A stretch of DNA of 64,000 bases, from assembly GCA_030390025.1 (NCBI GenBank), contig CM059427.1:132494001-132558000 (forward strand). Direction: 5' to 3'. Source of the DNA: Squalus acanthias. Lineage: Eukaryota. Both the position numbers and the translations under genes were made by a program. How positions within the stretch are numbered: position 1 is the first letter of the stretch; each line of letters starts with the position of its first letter. Positions 38,115 to 52,645 of the stretch are shown here, piece by piece. The notes below the pieces were generated by a model. That model was not told the origin of the DNA and did no database searches. It saw only the letters and a program-made list of their open reading frames with translations.

Positions 38115-40788
38115 CAAAATCCTCCTCACTAACATCTGGGGACTTGTGCCAAAATTGGGAGAACTGTCCCACAGACTAGTCAAGCAACAGCCTGACATAA
38201 TCATACTCACAGAATCATACAGTTGGGAGGGAGTGGTGCTGGGAGTCCCCAACATTGACTCTGGACCCCATGAAGCCTCATGGCATCAGGTTAAACATGG
38301 GCAAGGAAACCTCCTGCCGATTACCACCTACTGCCCTCCCTCAGCTGTTGAATCAGTACTACTCCATGTTGAACACCATTTGGAAGAAGCACTGAACGTA
38401 GCAAGAGCACAGAATGTACTCTGGGTGGGGGACTTCAATGTCCATCACCAAGAGTGGCTCAGTATCACCAATACTGACCGAGCTGGCTGAGTCCTGAAGG
38501 TCATAGCTGCCAGACTGGGCTTGCGGCAGGTGGAGAGAGAACCAACATGAGGAAAAACCTACTTGACCTCGTCCTCACCAATCTACCTGTCACGCATGTA
38601 TCTGTCCATGACAGTACTGGTAGGAGTGACTACCGCACAGTCCTTGTGAAGACAAAGTCCCGTCATCACACAGAGGACACCCTGCATCGTGTTGTATGGC
38701 ACAACCACCATGCTAAATGGGATAGATTCAGAACAGATCTAGCAGCTCAAAACTGGGCATCCATGAGGCGCTGTGGGCCATCAGCAGCAGCAGAATTGTA
38801 TTCCACCACAATCTGTAACCTCATGGCCCAACATATCCCTCACTCTACCATTACCATCAACCCTGGTTCAATGAGGAGTGTAGAAGAGCATGCCAGGGGC
38901 AGCACCAGGTGTACCTAAAAAGGAAGTGCCAACCTGGTGAAGTTGCAACACAGGACTACATGCATGCTAAGTAGCAGAAGCAGCATGTTAAAGACAGACC
39001 CAATGGATCAGATCAAAGCTCTGCAGTCCTACCACATCCAGTCGCAAATGGTGGTGGACAATTAAACAACAAACGGGAGCAAGAGGCTCCATGAATATCC
39101 CCATCCTTAATGATGGCAGAGCCCAGCATACGAGTGCAAAAGACAAAGCTGAAGCATTTGCAACTATCTTCAGCCAGAAGTACCGAGTGGATGATCCATC
39201 TTGGCCTCCTCCCGAGGTCCCCACCACAGAAGCCAGACTTCAGCCAATTTGATTCACTTGATGTGATATCAGCTGAGCACATTGGATACAGCAAAAGCTA
39301 TGGACAACATCCCGGCTGCCGTGCTTAAGACTTGTGCTCTAGAACTAGCCACGCCTCTAGCCTATCTGTTCTAGTACAACTACAACACTGGCATCTACCC
39401 GACATAACGGAAAATTGCCCAGGTATGTCCTGTCCACAAAAAGCAGGACAAACCCAATCTGGCCAATTACTGCCCCATCAGTCTACTCTCAATCATCAGC
39501 AAAGTGATGGAAGGTGTCATCAACAGTGCTATCAAGCGGCACTTATTCACCAATAACCTGCTCACTGATGCTCAGTTTGGGTTCCGCCAGGACCACTCGG
39601 CTCCAGACCACATTACAGCCTTGGTCCAAACATGGACAAAAGAGCTGAATTCCAGAGGTGAGGCGAGAGTGACCGCCCTTGACATTAAGGCAGCATTTGA
39701 CAGAGTGTGGGATCAAGGAGCCCTAGTAAAATTGAAGTCAATGGGAATCAGGGGGCAAACTCTCCACTGGCTAGAGACTTACCTAGCACAAAGGAAGATA
39801 GTTGTGGTTGTTAGAGGCCAATCATCTCAGCCCCAGGACATCGCTGCAGGAGTTCCTCGGGGCAGTGTCCTCAGCCCAACCATCTTCAGCTGCTTCATCA
39901 ATGACCTTCCCTCCATCTTAAGGTCAGAAGTGGGGACGTTCGCTGATGACTGCACAGTGTTCAGTTCCATTCGCAACTCCTCAGATAATGGAGCATTCCG
40001 TGCCCACATGCAGCAAGACCTGGACAACATTCAGGCTTGGTCCGATAAGTGGCAAGTAACATTTGTGCCACACAAGTGCTAGGCAATGACCATCTCTAAC
40101 AAGTGAGAGTCTAACCACCTCCCACTGACATTACCATCACCGAATCCCTCACCATCAACATCCTGGGGGTCACCATTGACCAGAAACTTAACTGGACCAG
40201 CCACATAAATACTGTGGCAACAAGAGCAGCTCAGATGCTAGGTATTCTGCATCACCTCCCGACTCCCCAAAGCCTTTCCACCATCTACAAGGCACAAGTC
40301 AGGAGTGTGATGGAATACTCTCCACTTGCCTGGATGAGTTCAGCTCCAACTCAAGAAGCTCAACACCATCCAAGGACAAAGCAGTTCGCTTGATTGGCAG
40401 CCAATCCACCACCTTAAACATTCACTCCCTCCACCACCATGGCTGTAGTGTATACCGTCTACAAGATGCACTGCAGAAACTTGCCAAGGCTTCGACAGCA
40501 CCTCCCAAACCTGCGACCTCTACCACCTAAAAGGACAAGGGCAACAGGCGCATGTGAACACCACCACCTCCAAGTTCCCCTCCAGTCACACACTATCCTG
40601 ACTTGGAAATAGATCACTGTTCCTTCATCATCGCTGGGTCAAAATCCTGGAATTCCTATAAAGAGCACTGTGGGAGTACTGCAGCAGTTCAAGAAGGTGG
40701 ATCACCACCACCTTCTCAAGGGCAATTAGGGGTGGACAATACATGCTGACCTTGGCAGCGACGCTCACATCCCATGAATGAATAAAAA
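38115..40788 (+). mobile_element. Near full-length, decayed ORF2 of a non-CR1 LINE (APE endonuclease + RT; clade uncertain, RTEX/jockey-like)
   Basis: Endonuclease motifs PDIIILTES, VGDFNVHH, LLDLVLTN; RT motifs ALDIKAAFDRVW, GVPRGSVLSP, FADDCT; ends gaatgaataaaaa. Confidence 0.93.
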
Positions 40789-41589
40789 GTGTTAAGAACT
40801 TATTTCAAACAAAACCTTAAAATACATACAAGTTGAAAAAATCAACTCACCAGAAGGTGATTGGCATCACGAATTGAGACTGCTTATCTGAGGTTGAAAT
40901 ATGGAAACCTAATGTTTCATCACTGCACCTTGGCTCATAGAACCTACTCACAGCTCATCAAAAATAACCCAAAGTGGACATTACTAGGCGCTGAGCTAAG
41001 AAATGGAAAGTTATGGTACCACGCACCATTCTTTGAAATAGTGAGGAAGAACTGACTCACCTACCTGGAGGGGAGCTAATTTTAAAAAAAAACGTTTTAA
41101 AATTAAAAACATCCTTTTAAATAAATACGTGAGGATTAGGCCACTGTCATGGATTCTCCAATATGCCAAGTTCTAAACTGCTGCTTTTTGTGAGTGATGA
41201 TTAACACTGAGAAATGAAACACTTTATTTTGGGGACCCAGCATGTGTATGAAACATTCTCAGGTTAGATGGTATGTATAGTCCTTTCTTCGCTGCCCCAC
41301 CCTCTATTGGACCAGTGTCACATTTTCAATATCCAAACCACCCATTTTGTGGCTAGAAACTGGGTTGAAACCACCCAAATTTACTTCACATAGGATCTTT
41401 ACAGCCAAACCAAGGGAACTTACATCTCAGCTAGATTCAAACACACATCTTAGATATGAAAGGCTAGTGCAGCAATTGCACTACTACCCAATTTCACAAG
41501 CTAGAAAATGTTTCTAATATTATCTAAAGATCTATTTTTTTTTTTTAAATTCATTTCAGTAACATAACCACTATGTACGCAGTTCAGTT

Positions 41590-41945
41590 ATTATACCCAG
41601 TTAGTAGCGGAGCCATGTTATCTCTATTGCCAGTTTGTGCTGAATTTGTTGATCTCAATCAGGACACCTTTTGGGAAACTACAATTGACCAGAGTTGGAA
41701 AATCAAATAGGGTTCCTGCTCTTCATAGCTATTTAGTTATCCCTACTCGAACTGAATGTTTTGGAATGTCGGGTGAGAACATGATCAGGCTAAGCTGTGA
41801 TGCCCACTGCATTTGAATAGCTTATGGAAATATTATCAAAGCTTGCACATGAATAATGGGGTGGGGAGGGGGGAAGAGAACGAGAGGATAGCTGACACTC
41901 ACTCCCCACCAAGGAGTCAACACCTTTAGGAGGTAAGGGAGAAGG
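41590..41945 (+). mobile_element. Degenerate SINE (related tail fragment at 48330-48500)
   Basis: tcaggctaagctgtgatg and cacctttagg segments are shared with 48340-48485. Confidence 0.4.
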
Positions 41946-44900
41946 AATAAAAAACTCCAAAGCTTTGACAACTCCAGAAGCTTGTAACATGTTGCCTTTT
42001 AAATCTTCTGCCAGCGAAGATCTTAAACTACATACTCATTGTCCCATCAATGTTAACCACAGCAGCAGAACTCCAGGAATACACCAACAGTAAGTCAGCA
42101 AGCTACCACAAGCAGCCTAGTATTATGGCATCAGACTCTAAATCCAGGGGCTGTATTTGAATCCTATCTTGACTAGTCTATATTCAGATGTCTTGGCGAA
42201 GTTGCTGGACCACTGCATAACAGCAACGTTAATCATCCACAACATTAATCATCCACTGGTAGGAGAAAGGAAAAAAAAAAATCAGAACTAGCTCATAAGG
42301 TGCAATTCTTGTTGGCCAATCACACAAGCGAAGTTTGTTGGTGTCCAGAGATAAATCTGTGGCTCAAACCATCCCCTCATTACCAGGGAGAAGACACATT
42401 GGTACAAGAGGTAGCAATCAGACAGCCAAGTTGTTTTTTTCTACTCCCTTTCAAGAAGCATTTTAGGTAGTCCCACTGACAGTATGAGGGTGTAAAATGA
42501 CTATTCTCTTAGTCCTAATTTTTCTATCTTAGTTTATTGCAACTATGGTGTTTGAAAGATTCTGCTCCTTAACCATATTACTATTATGTGGTATGCTCCC
42601 TAAAAAGTAACATCTTATTCAAGTTTGCAGGGGTTGCAAAATTCCACAGCTGCAAAAAATGCACGGCACTGGAAAATTATGCAATTTTTGTTGACTTTCT
42701 GGCAGATAGTTTGTATAGAGCCATTTTACAGCGGGAAAATAACTGGGACTGGGTGTGTCCAAGAGTTTTATACTATAAAGTCACATGATATTTCATTTCC
42801 CATACTACATAAAACCTAGCTTGCAAGACCATTTTCAGTTTTCTTTTCTTGTTCAGCTGGAAGATTTAACTTTCTCAGTATGATCAGTTCTAAATCTTTT
42901 CTGCTTTGGAATCGGATTATTCCAACTTGTGAAGCTTTGGCATCCTCAGTTTTCTGTGTTGATATATTGCTTTTTTTCCCCAATTAAAAGTGCTCCACTA
43001 CATGCTCATATCAGGCTTCAAATATTGCACATCCTGTTGTGGGCTTTTCTGAACACAAGTAGTTTTTGCAGGATGCACCTGAACTCACCAGGAGTCTGTC
43101 TTCAGTCCAAACCTAAAATGAAGCACAAACACTCCAGATCAGAGGGATTCATCTAGCACCGTAAGAAATTGTAATTGGTTGTACCATCGGCTGTTTCAAC
43201 ACTAATGAAATCAGGATGTAAATTGTCTTTTATGAAGTATCAAGACTTTCCAATGGCACAACTGTCTTTCCCGCTCTTGCCTCAAAACCGGAGTAGACTC
43301 TGGTAATACATGATGTTGCAGTAACCTCAACAAATGCTGGATGGAGCCCTGGTACTGCATACATTTGCTATCAAGTCTTCCATGGTTGTTCCAACCACTA
43401 CCTTGGTCAGGAAGGCGTCATCAAGAGGAACCTCTGACCTAGGATCTATAGTTGCCCTGGCTAACATGCATGAATCTAGGTAGGACTTTGACTTAGTCGC
43501 TCTCTGCTCCGGCCAACATACATGGACCACGAGCAACATTAGAGGATCCTGCATCCTCTTGAATCCTTTATCTTATGGGAATCTTTTGTCTGAAACAGAC
43601 CTAAAGCTGTTGGATCATGAAAGGCTTTACTCTGGAAAGTTTTTGGATGAGTACTACCCTCCTTTGAAATCCTCCACCATGAAAAGATTAGACTTGATAT
43701 CACAATGGAGACTTGGCAGTCCACACTGTTGTTTTGACCCAAAGACTACAAAGCCTTGATTTCAACTTTAGCTTCAGAAAGGCAATTGGCACTAGCCTTG
43801 GATGGTGTCCCAATTCAGTTGTCTTTGTCAGCGGTCTTGGTTGTTCAATCTGCTTTGGCCAAATTACTTATTGGTCTCAAGGATTTTGCTGACTCGTTAC
43901 AGCTCTTTGGAATCTTCCAATTCAGAATGGGGGATATACTATCTTTTGGCGCACACACACCTCAACATCTCCAAGGTAGATCTTGCTTGTTCAGTTTAAT
44001 GCCTATACAGCAATAGTTTTCAGTGCAAGCTTTCCTTCTATCCCTTTTGATTTCGCTCATGGGTCAGTCCTGAGTCTATTGAAGTTATCTACCTCATGGG
44101 GTTTTCTGTATTTCCCTTTACAACATCTCTACGGTTGACTGTAGATTTGGTTTGGAAGGGCAAGTAAAACTTTCCTCAGGCAGGGTGGACAACATTACAG
44201 TTCCAACGACCACCAAACAAGCCATTTTTTCTGTCTTGGATTCTTCATTGATGTTCCAAGTACAATACAGGACTGACACAAGCCCTTGATATTTTTCAAT
44301 CTGCAAAAATGTGTTGCTGGTGCTCTTCAGGGAAGGGGGTGCAGGAATGTTCTGCTGCCTTGGATATCCTGTTCAATATACTGAACTAGTTTTGTATTTT
44401 ACAAATTTCTGAGGATCTTCAGACAAAACTGCTGGGGCTTCCTGCCATGGAAAAAAAAAACCACTTTTTCTGGAACAGGACGAAGAAATGCTTGAATATT
44501 TTGAGCAATACAAAAACAAAATATTGATAACATTTATTTAAAAGCACACCCCAAAAATTGAAAATGAAGCCAGAAATGGCCCCAAAGCGTGATTAACTCC
44601 AAAATTGAAAAAAAAAATCCACTCTCCAAGAAAAAAATTATTTACTCTAGGGTCAAAGAGGTCATTATAGATTTGGGTCTAAGCAATCCACACAGGGCAT
44701 GGCGTCACTAGAGCAGTGAGACTAAATCTAATCTTTCGCAACTTTCTGCCTCAACACTCCTGTAATGCCTATTAGTCACATTTTTCCTAGCTTCTATTCC
44801 AATCATCAGGAAGAAATATTCCAACATTTTTGAAAGTGAGACAAAATATTTTCTAATACTGCAAGACTGTTTTAAGTATCCTTATTTTAAAGGAACAGTT

Positions 44901-45223
44901 CATTTAGGATTAATTAGTAAATAGAAGAACTGTTTATAGTTGGCTAGGAAGGATAAAGGTTTTGCTAATGACTTTTTATAGTTCTCAAAATGATGCGTCA
45001 CTACTGACCCATTCTACACCCTTTTCCGCATCCAAAAGGAAAACTTCGGATGGTTGAAGAACCCTAAAAGGCCTCAAGATTCATCAGTTTCACAAACGTA
45101 AGATCTACAAATTAAAAAAATTTAAGCAATTTACAGGATATGAGCCACTGAAACTGCAACATCCGGTTGATCATGTTTTAGCATGTTAGACACCAAAGTT
45201 TCAACTTTATTTAAGAAAACTGC

Positions 45224-45459
45224 TTTAGGACCATTGCCCCGTTTCCTTTACAGTATATTAAGCAGTAACTGAGAATCTTTACAACGGAAAGTCAACAAAA
45301 GTCATCACTTTAGTGATTAGTAAGGAACTCTGTTTAGGACTTATTCCACAGAATATAGTTATGACTTTTGTTAACTTTCAATTGTAAAGACTCTCAGTTA
45401 CTCCTCAATATATTGTACAGGAAATGAGCTCTCAAGTCCTAAACAGGGCTACTTGCTAA
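45224..45459. repeat. Diverged compound inverted repeat
   Basis: 45224-45309 pairs with 45357-45443. Spacer segment 45317-45342 also pairs with 45434-45459. Confidence 0.85.
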
Positions 45460-46931
45460 CCTTTACTAACTTTGAATTTGACTCTAAAAAGTGGGAACTA
45501 AATTCCAGAATAAAGTATAGATCCAGTTCCTCATCCAGATTATGTCTTTTATAGGAATAACACAGTGAGTCACACCTGAATTAGACAGAACTGCATTTCT
45601 TCCCATCTCTGACAAATTTGCAATTACAATGTTGGCAAATACTCTTCAATCTTGTACTCAATTATTCCCTCCAAATAAACACCAGGATGCAGAGGCATGA
45701 AAATCTGTGACGAGGTGGAGCATTATTGACTCCATAAAGGCTAAATTCTCATATCAATTACAGCTAACATCTCGGACTTCTAGCCCTTCCACACAAGCTG
45801 GGTCCACTGTTCTAGAACAATGGTTGAATCGGTCACAGTTCCTTGCAGTTAACTTCTACAGATGGTTTAGCTCTTGAATGCAATATAGGCAACATCAGGG
45901 GTGAGAATAGGCTATTCAGTCCATCGAGGCTCACCTCTAAATTCCATTAACTCCTGTCATGGCATTTAATTGTATTTTCAATAACCAAAACGTTTTTGCT
46001 TCTATTACATTGATTGGTAGATTATTGCAAATACTCACTAAGTAGAGAAACTGCTCCTGATCGGTTTTAAATTTACATTTATCTTACTTTTTTGGTACAC
46101 TTTGAAGTGCAAATCTAGGTTTGCTGTATTCATACCACTTCAATACTTTATATATGAATTACAGGCAACAAAGTGATTAAGGATCACTTTAATTATGTTG
46201 CAATGCTTTCATAAAAGTTAAAACTATGTGCAATATATGTAGAAATTCATGCAAATTAAATGCTGCTGAAAGATCACATATGAAACATTAGGTTAAATTT
46301 CTTTTTCAGATGTTGATCAGCCTGATGCACATTTACAGCATGGAAAATAAAAATAATTGGCTGATGCACTGCTTTCGCTAATTAAAACAATTTGAACATT
46401 TTGATACATTACTCAGCAGCTCATAAATATCACTAACAGTAAAAAATTCTAACCTTCTGGTGGATATCTTATCAAGAAAATTTGTCTTCTAGCCTCCAAT
46501 CACTTTACAGTCAGATCGATACTTCAAAAGGTCTTGCTTTATTTTCAATAGTTGTTTAAATAAAGTTGCGAACCTAGCTACACCAAGCTTCATTTATTGG
46601 CCATTGAAATCCTTCAGCCCCTTGTAAATGGGCTGTTGAGGTTCATGAAAGGAGTTGAAAGTTTTGATCTTTCAAAACTTCAATACTATGAAAGGGTCGC
46701 TTCTTAATCCACAAATGTATACATTGTTTACATTCTTAAGGAGATCAAAAAAAGAGAATTCACCACATAGATGTCTTAGAAGCTTGTTATACTATACCAA
46801 TAAATCCACACAGTTATTCACTCTATGTGGTAATAACATTTTGTAGGTAACACCATAGCCAAGCGTGAGAGAGTCAGGGGTAGGGATGGCCAGGCAGACA
46901 ATGTTCAAGTTTCAAAGCAAAGAAATACAAT

Positions 46932-47231
46932 GGCCCGGAATTTGCGCATTTAGCGCATGCGCATCCTAACACAGAAATCCTGAAGTTGTGGTCAGTCATT
47001 CACTGCTCTGACACTGGCTGTGCTGTGCCCCCCCACCCCGCGCCCGCCGCCCCCCACTTAGACAGCTTGTTGACATCACAGCAGTTCGCGCTATGGAATT
47101 CCAACTACACTGCACAGATCTCAACGAAAAAGACGAACTTCTTGCCAGAGAGCACGAGATCTTTGTGGGAAGCTTTCTTTGGGGCCAGCGGCGAACGCCT
47201 TTGCTTTGCCGCTGACTGCAAATTACAGGCT
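46932..47231. mobile_element. MITE with GGCCCGGAATTTGC-type TIRs (PIF/Harbinger-like)
   Basis: Ends ggcccggaatttgc / gcaaattacaggct; CpG-rich interior. Confidence 0.55.
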
Positions 47232-49689
47232 ACTTCTACTGAAAATGCAGTCTAAGGGCTAAAGCCCCAATCACAAACATCTCTTTGGTGTACACTTATC
47301 TAGGTATTATTGCTCCTTGCCAGTGCTCTTACTCGACAACAGTTTCCAGGCTCCATCAGTCAGACAGTTGTGCTCTATAATCATTCAAATGCTGTTAAAA
47401 CTCAATTCGCAACCAATACAATTAACACTTTCAAATAATGTTTCTCTTGCCCATGTATTTTTTACTTGAATCCAAGCTCTCTGATTCAATAGATTTGTCA
47501 TCTGCTAAATTGTACTAACAAGTGTTTGAGAGATGGCTGAGTGAATTGCTGCAAATAAATTGTGTCTCAAAGGGAAGAATTATTCAAGAATGATATCCTC
47601 CTACTAATTATTTGATCATTACCACAGGATCCTACACAACAAATGCAACAATACTAGTTATGTAAGCAGCAGATGTGAATTTGCTTGAAGATTGTTCATA
47701 GCTTTTAACAGCCAAATATGTAAGTGTACAGATCATATTCTGCACTAAAAATATTATTCTTTCTAACAGCCTTGTGGATCACCAGATATATTTCAAACAC
47801 TTCAACAACTAGTGCTTATAGTACCCTTTCCAGAAACCAAACTTACACATTTGTTGGTAAATGCATTGAATATGGGGGTCACACTTTAGACTATGATGGT
47901 TGTTGATCCACCAGTATATAAAATGAAAGTTCACTCTGCAATCTGGGGCAATTACATGTGACAAGATGGAGTCACTCTGGGTTCCATCTGTAATTCAACT
48001 GCATGAACCAACTGTATTACTGTGTTGTCCAAATATTCCAAACAATAATCTTTTCGTAACGCGTTAGTCCTTAAAGTGTGTTTTATTCTACAATTACAGG
48101 CAAGCAACTCCATTTTTGGAGGAAGATCACTGCTCTGTTATTATTCTAAGATTTGGACAACAAACAAAATGAAAAGTTAAAAAGATTATCTGTTGCGTGG
48201 ACCTCCTCGTTCTTTGGATGTAGTTTATCTTCCACACACTTAATTCCCATCCTCCTTCTTCTCAGGTTCTACCTCTGATTGGAGTGCTTGGCATTTAATT
48301 TCAGCAATATGCTTCCTTTACATCAAAGCTAAACAGCAGTCAGGTCGGCCGTGATGAACATCCTACTGACAATCACTGTCTAGGTTTATACACGGGAGAA
48401 TGGCTACCTCAATGAAATGCCAGAGATCTAGCTGCTAGCACTGTGGAATTGCATGCCAGCAAGAGACAGCACCTTTAGGGAAGGAGAAAATTGGGGGGGG
48501 GGCGGGGCGGAGAAAGGGAAGTGAGATATATCCTCGAAATAGTGCACAAACTTCTTTGGTGGAGTTATGCCATGGCATGTGCAGAATAAACTATATTCAG
48601 AGAGAAAGAAATGTTATTGCCAAGGTAAGTAATCTTCTTGCAAGTATTTTAATGGCATTTTTCTATGCAGGGCAGTTGAATTACAATATATATTGAACAA
48701 CCTTTCCATTTTTCAAATGATTATTTGTGCTAAAAATATTAACTAAAACAGAAATCCTAGAAATCACTACTCAAGATTCAGCGCAAATTTAAGCCACTAT
48801 GCATATAACACTGTGTATATTAAGTGCATATACAGACGAGCAAATTGGAAAATAAAATCTTCTGCTTCATAAGTTCTCCCATTCAGAGTTATTATGAGAA
48901 TTATACTATCTATAATATATGAAAACACCGTGCATCTGCGTGCACTGTCAATTTGTTTCATTGTAATTCCGATGTCCACGTTTATGCTGGAAACTATGCA
49001 ACGCTGTAATCACACCCATCGTCTCCCCGCACGCGCTTCCCCACACCCCCACCGGATCCCCCACCCCACCCACCAAACGGGTTTTTTGCTGCAGCACACC
49101 ACTGGGAGCTAACTAAAGGAGTCCACTCTGCTGGATTACATTTCCTAGATAACCACGGACATACATCATGGCCATACCTGGCTCTTTCCTTCTCTCTCGT
49201 TCTCCCCCACCCCACCACTACTCTCCTAAAGTTATGAGAAAAAAATAGTGGATGAGGAAGCGAGACTGAAGAAATGGAATTCATGCACATCAGTTTCCTT
49301 GACAACAACTCCTTCCTCAGTTGAAACGTGTACTAGATTGTAGCAGTTTCATCACTAGGTGTAGTTAACATGATAGTACTAATATGCTATAGATTTTATT
49401 TTAAGTCACATGAGCCAATAGTTAACTCATCACCTCAAATTGCTCTCAACGCCAACATGATTTCACTCTGGTATTTTATAGCTCCCTCCAGGCACAATCT
49501 GAGTTTAGACGGGTATTTTTTTCCATTTTAAACAGACATAGTAGAAAACATTTCCCTGCCCACCAATATGCTGTACTAAAATCTTTGAGACAAATCACTG
49601 TATATGAAAGTTTGAATGCTTACAAAACCAATAATCAATTCAATTTCTTGCTGCCATTTACTAGGTTACTCCGGAAAGTAGACTCAAGA

Positions 49690-51010
49690 CGAATGTCAGA
49701 ACATGTGGAGTCAGGGGATAAGCAGCAGAATGGATAGCAAACTGGCTACAAAACAGAAGAGAGTAGGGGGTTCAAGGTAGTTACACAGTTGGCAAAAGGT
49801 GGAAAGTGTGACAAGGATCGGTGCTGGGACCACTGTTGTTCACCATTTACATGAACAATTTGGACTTGGGAATCGGAAGTATAATTTCAAAATTTGCGGA
49901 CACCAAATTTTTGGCGGGGGGTGTAGTTAATAGAGGAGGACTGTGACAAGATACAGGAAAACATTAATAAACTTGCAGAATGGACATGTAATTGGCAAAT
50001 GAACATCAATATAGATAGTTACCGTCAGCAGCACAAGCGCACAGATTAACCTTCCATTCAGTAAACCTTTTTGCTGCTTTTGCTCAGCTGGAAACACTGT
50101 GGAGGGGTGATTGATTTACGCTGGAAACTTGGCTAGGGTAGTACTCGGGGTGAAGTTCTTCTCCTACTCCACCAGTATTTTCAGTTGCTGTATGATGCCT
50201 TATATCCTCTTGCAGTCTAGCCTTGGATTGTGAGGTGTGTACATTTTGGTAGGAAGAATAAGGAGACCACATACTCCTTGGAAAAGAAGAGTCTAAATGG
50301 GATAGAGAAGCAGAGGGATCTGGAGGTACAGATACACAAATCACAAAGTAGTGGCACAATTTAATAAGGCCATAAAAAAAAGCAAAGCACTGGGGTTTAT
50401 TTCTAGAGGGATAAAATTGAAACACAGAAGTTATGTTAAACTTGTATAGAACCTTGGTTAGATCACACTTGGAGTACTGTCAACAGTTCTGGTCTCCATA
50501 TTATAAAAAAGGATATAGAGGCACTGGAGAAGGTGCAAAAAGGATTTACCAGAATTATACCAGAACTGAAAGGTTATACCTATCAGGAAAGGTTGAACAG
50601 GCTGGGGCTCTTTTCTCTGGAAAAGAGAAGACTGAGGGGTGACCTGATAGAGGTCTTTAAGATTATGAAAGGGTTTGATAGGGTAGACAGAGATGTTTCC
50701 ACTTGCAGGAGAAACCAGAACTAGGGGTCATAAATATAAGATAGTCACTAATAAATCCAATGGGGAATTCAGGAGAAACATCTTTACCCAGGAGAGTGGC
50801 TAAAATGTGGAATTCGCTACCACAAGGAGCAGTTGCGGTGACTAGCATATATGCATTTAAGGAGAAGCTAGATAAACACGAGGGAGAAAGGAATAGAAGG
50901 ATTTGTTGATGGGTTTAATTGAAGAAAGGTGGGAGGAGGCTCGTGTGAAGCATAAACACCAGCATGGACCTATTGGGCCGAATGGCCTGTTTCTGTGCAG
51001 TAAATACTAT
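49690..51010 (+). mobile_element. Degenerate CR1 LINE with a ~210-bp foreign insert at ~50018-50228
   Basis: LYRTLVRSHLEYCQQFWSP, RRLRGDLIEVFKIMKG; same 3' subfamily as 27560-28027. Confidence 0.9.
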
Positions 51011-52319
51011 GCATTTCCAAATAATGGAATAATTAGAAATTTCATATTGCTAACAGAATTGTGTCCCAGCTTCATCCAATGTTTTGACTATTATACTTAT
51101 GTACTAAAAAACCAAGTACTGCACATGGCCAGTACGATGGAAAAACAAAACATTTGACTTAAAAAAAAACGGTTTTCCTTTACTTAAGTTTCCACATGGA
51201 AGAACATCATCATGCTAGTAATTGGGCAGTGCCTTGCATTTGGAATAATTAAGCTAGTTATTTGTGTGCTTTGGCTTGTTTGAAATGTTAATGTACACAG
51301 CTCAACAGACAAAATTGTAATTTCTAGTCATGGTCTGGTGTGAAGCCCAGTCTCTGGGATTGGGCAAATGAAGCCAGCAATTTACAGCCATTACCATGTT
51401 GTTTTCCAAGGAGTAAAAACTGAACACTCTGGCCTTTGGGGAGAAATTGTTTGATTTTCAAAGTAAAGGACACCCTTATAATGAAGGGCCCCTCATGATC
51501 TTCAGCTCTCTATACTCCTTTCTGGTAATATGCGCCTGAAGGCAATAGGGGCTCCATGAGGAATCATCTCACGTAACTTACCATCAGAGTATATGTTGCC
51601 AAGAACTTGCCGAGAAGAGACTGTAAGAAGTGCTTTTCTGTAAAAGGGTATATTTAACCACTTGTGGACTGATTCCAGTTCTACGTATAAATGTTACCTT
51701 ATTCTTATCTCTTTTGCTTCTACATATTTTGTGTGTAAATAAATCTGAGTGCTTTTACTTATATGCAGTAGTCTAGTGTTGTAATATGTTTTCACCTTCA
51801 GAAATGACAGGAGGGCATCCTATGCATTCTCCAGTAAGCAAGTTTAACGAATTTGGGGTTAATTGTTAAACTTGTGCTACACTCATTGGGGCTCCAGTAC
51901 ACAGTATCATCTTGCCAAGGAGGCACGCAATTTTTGAAAATCAGTGATTTCAAATACTCATTTTTTCAGGGTATTTGAATTGAATTGAAATTAGGCAAAA
52001 GCCAGAAAAAATCCTTTGCATCCAACCATTACAGCTCTATATGTTTTTGAATCCTGGTTAATCTACTAAGGTACAGATCTTCTGAAGCTGTATCCTTCCT
52101 TTCCTATCTTATTTGAAGCGACAACCAGGGATACAAAAGAAAGTTCAACTTTACATTGAGGCTTTCCCAGAAATGTCTAAACAGCACCTTGTAAAGTCCA
52201 ATTTTTAAAAATCAGCTCAAAATCTTGTCTTCCCCCTCCGATTCGATAGAGTAGGAGACATGCATCCATGACAGAACCAGTTGGGAAAACCCTATTAGCT
52301 GTTGCTACATAGTGGGTAT

Positions 52320-52645
52320 TCTCTCCTTGTCTTTTAGATGAGACATTAAACGGAGGCCCTGCCTGCCTTCTCAGTTGGATGTAAAAAAAAATATTCCATG
52401 GCACTAGTCAAAAAAAGGCAAGCCGAGTTCTCCCAGTGTCCTGGCCAACATTTATCAACAGCGCTAAAAACAGATTAAATGGTCATTTACCTCATTGTTG
52501 CTTGTGAGATCTTGCTGTGCACAAAATGGCTACCATGTTTGCCTACATATGTGACTACACTTCAAATGTAATTCATTGGCGGTGAAGCCGTGTGTGATAT
52601 ATTGAGGGTATGAACGATCACATAAAATACAAGTTTTCTTTCTTT
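52320..52645 (+). mobile_element. Deu-domain SINE (SacSINE1/AmnSINE1-related), 5'-truncated
   Basis: gttctcccagtgtcctggccaacatttat...ggtcatt..ctcattgttgcttgtgagatcttgctgtgcacaaaatggct matches the Deu domain as recalled; not database-checked. Confidence 0.75.
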
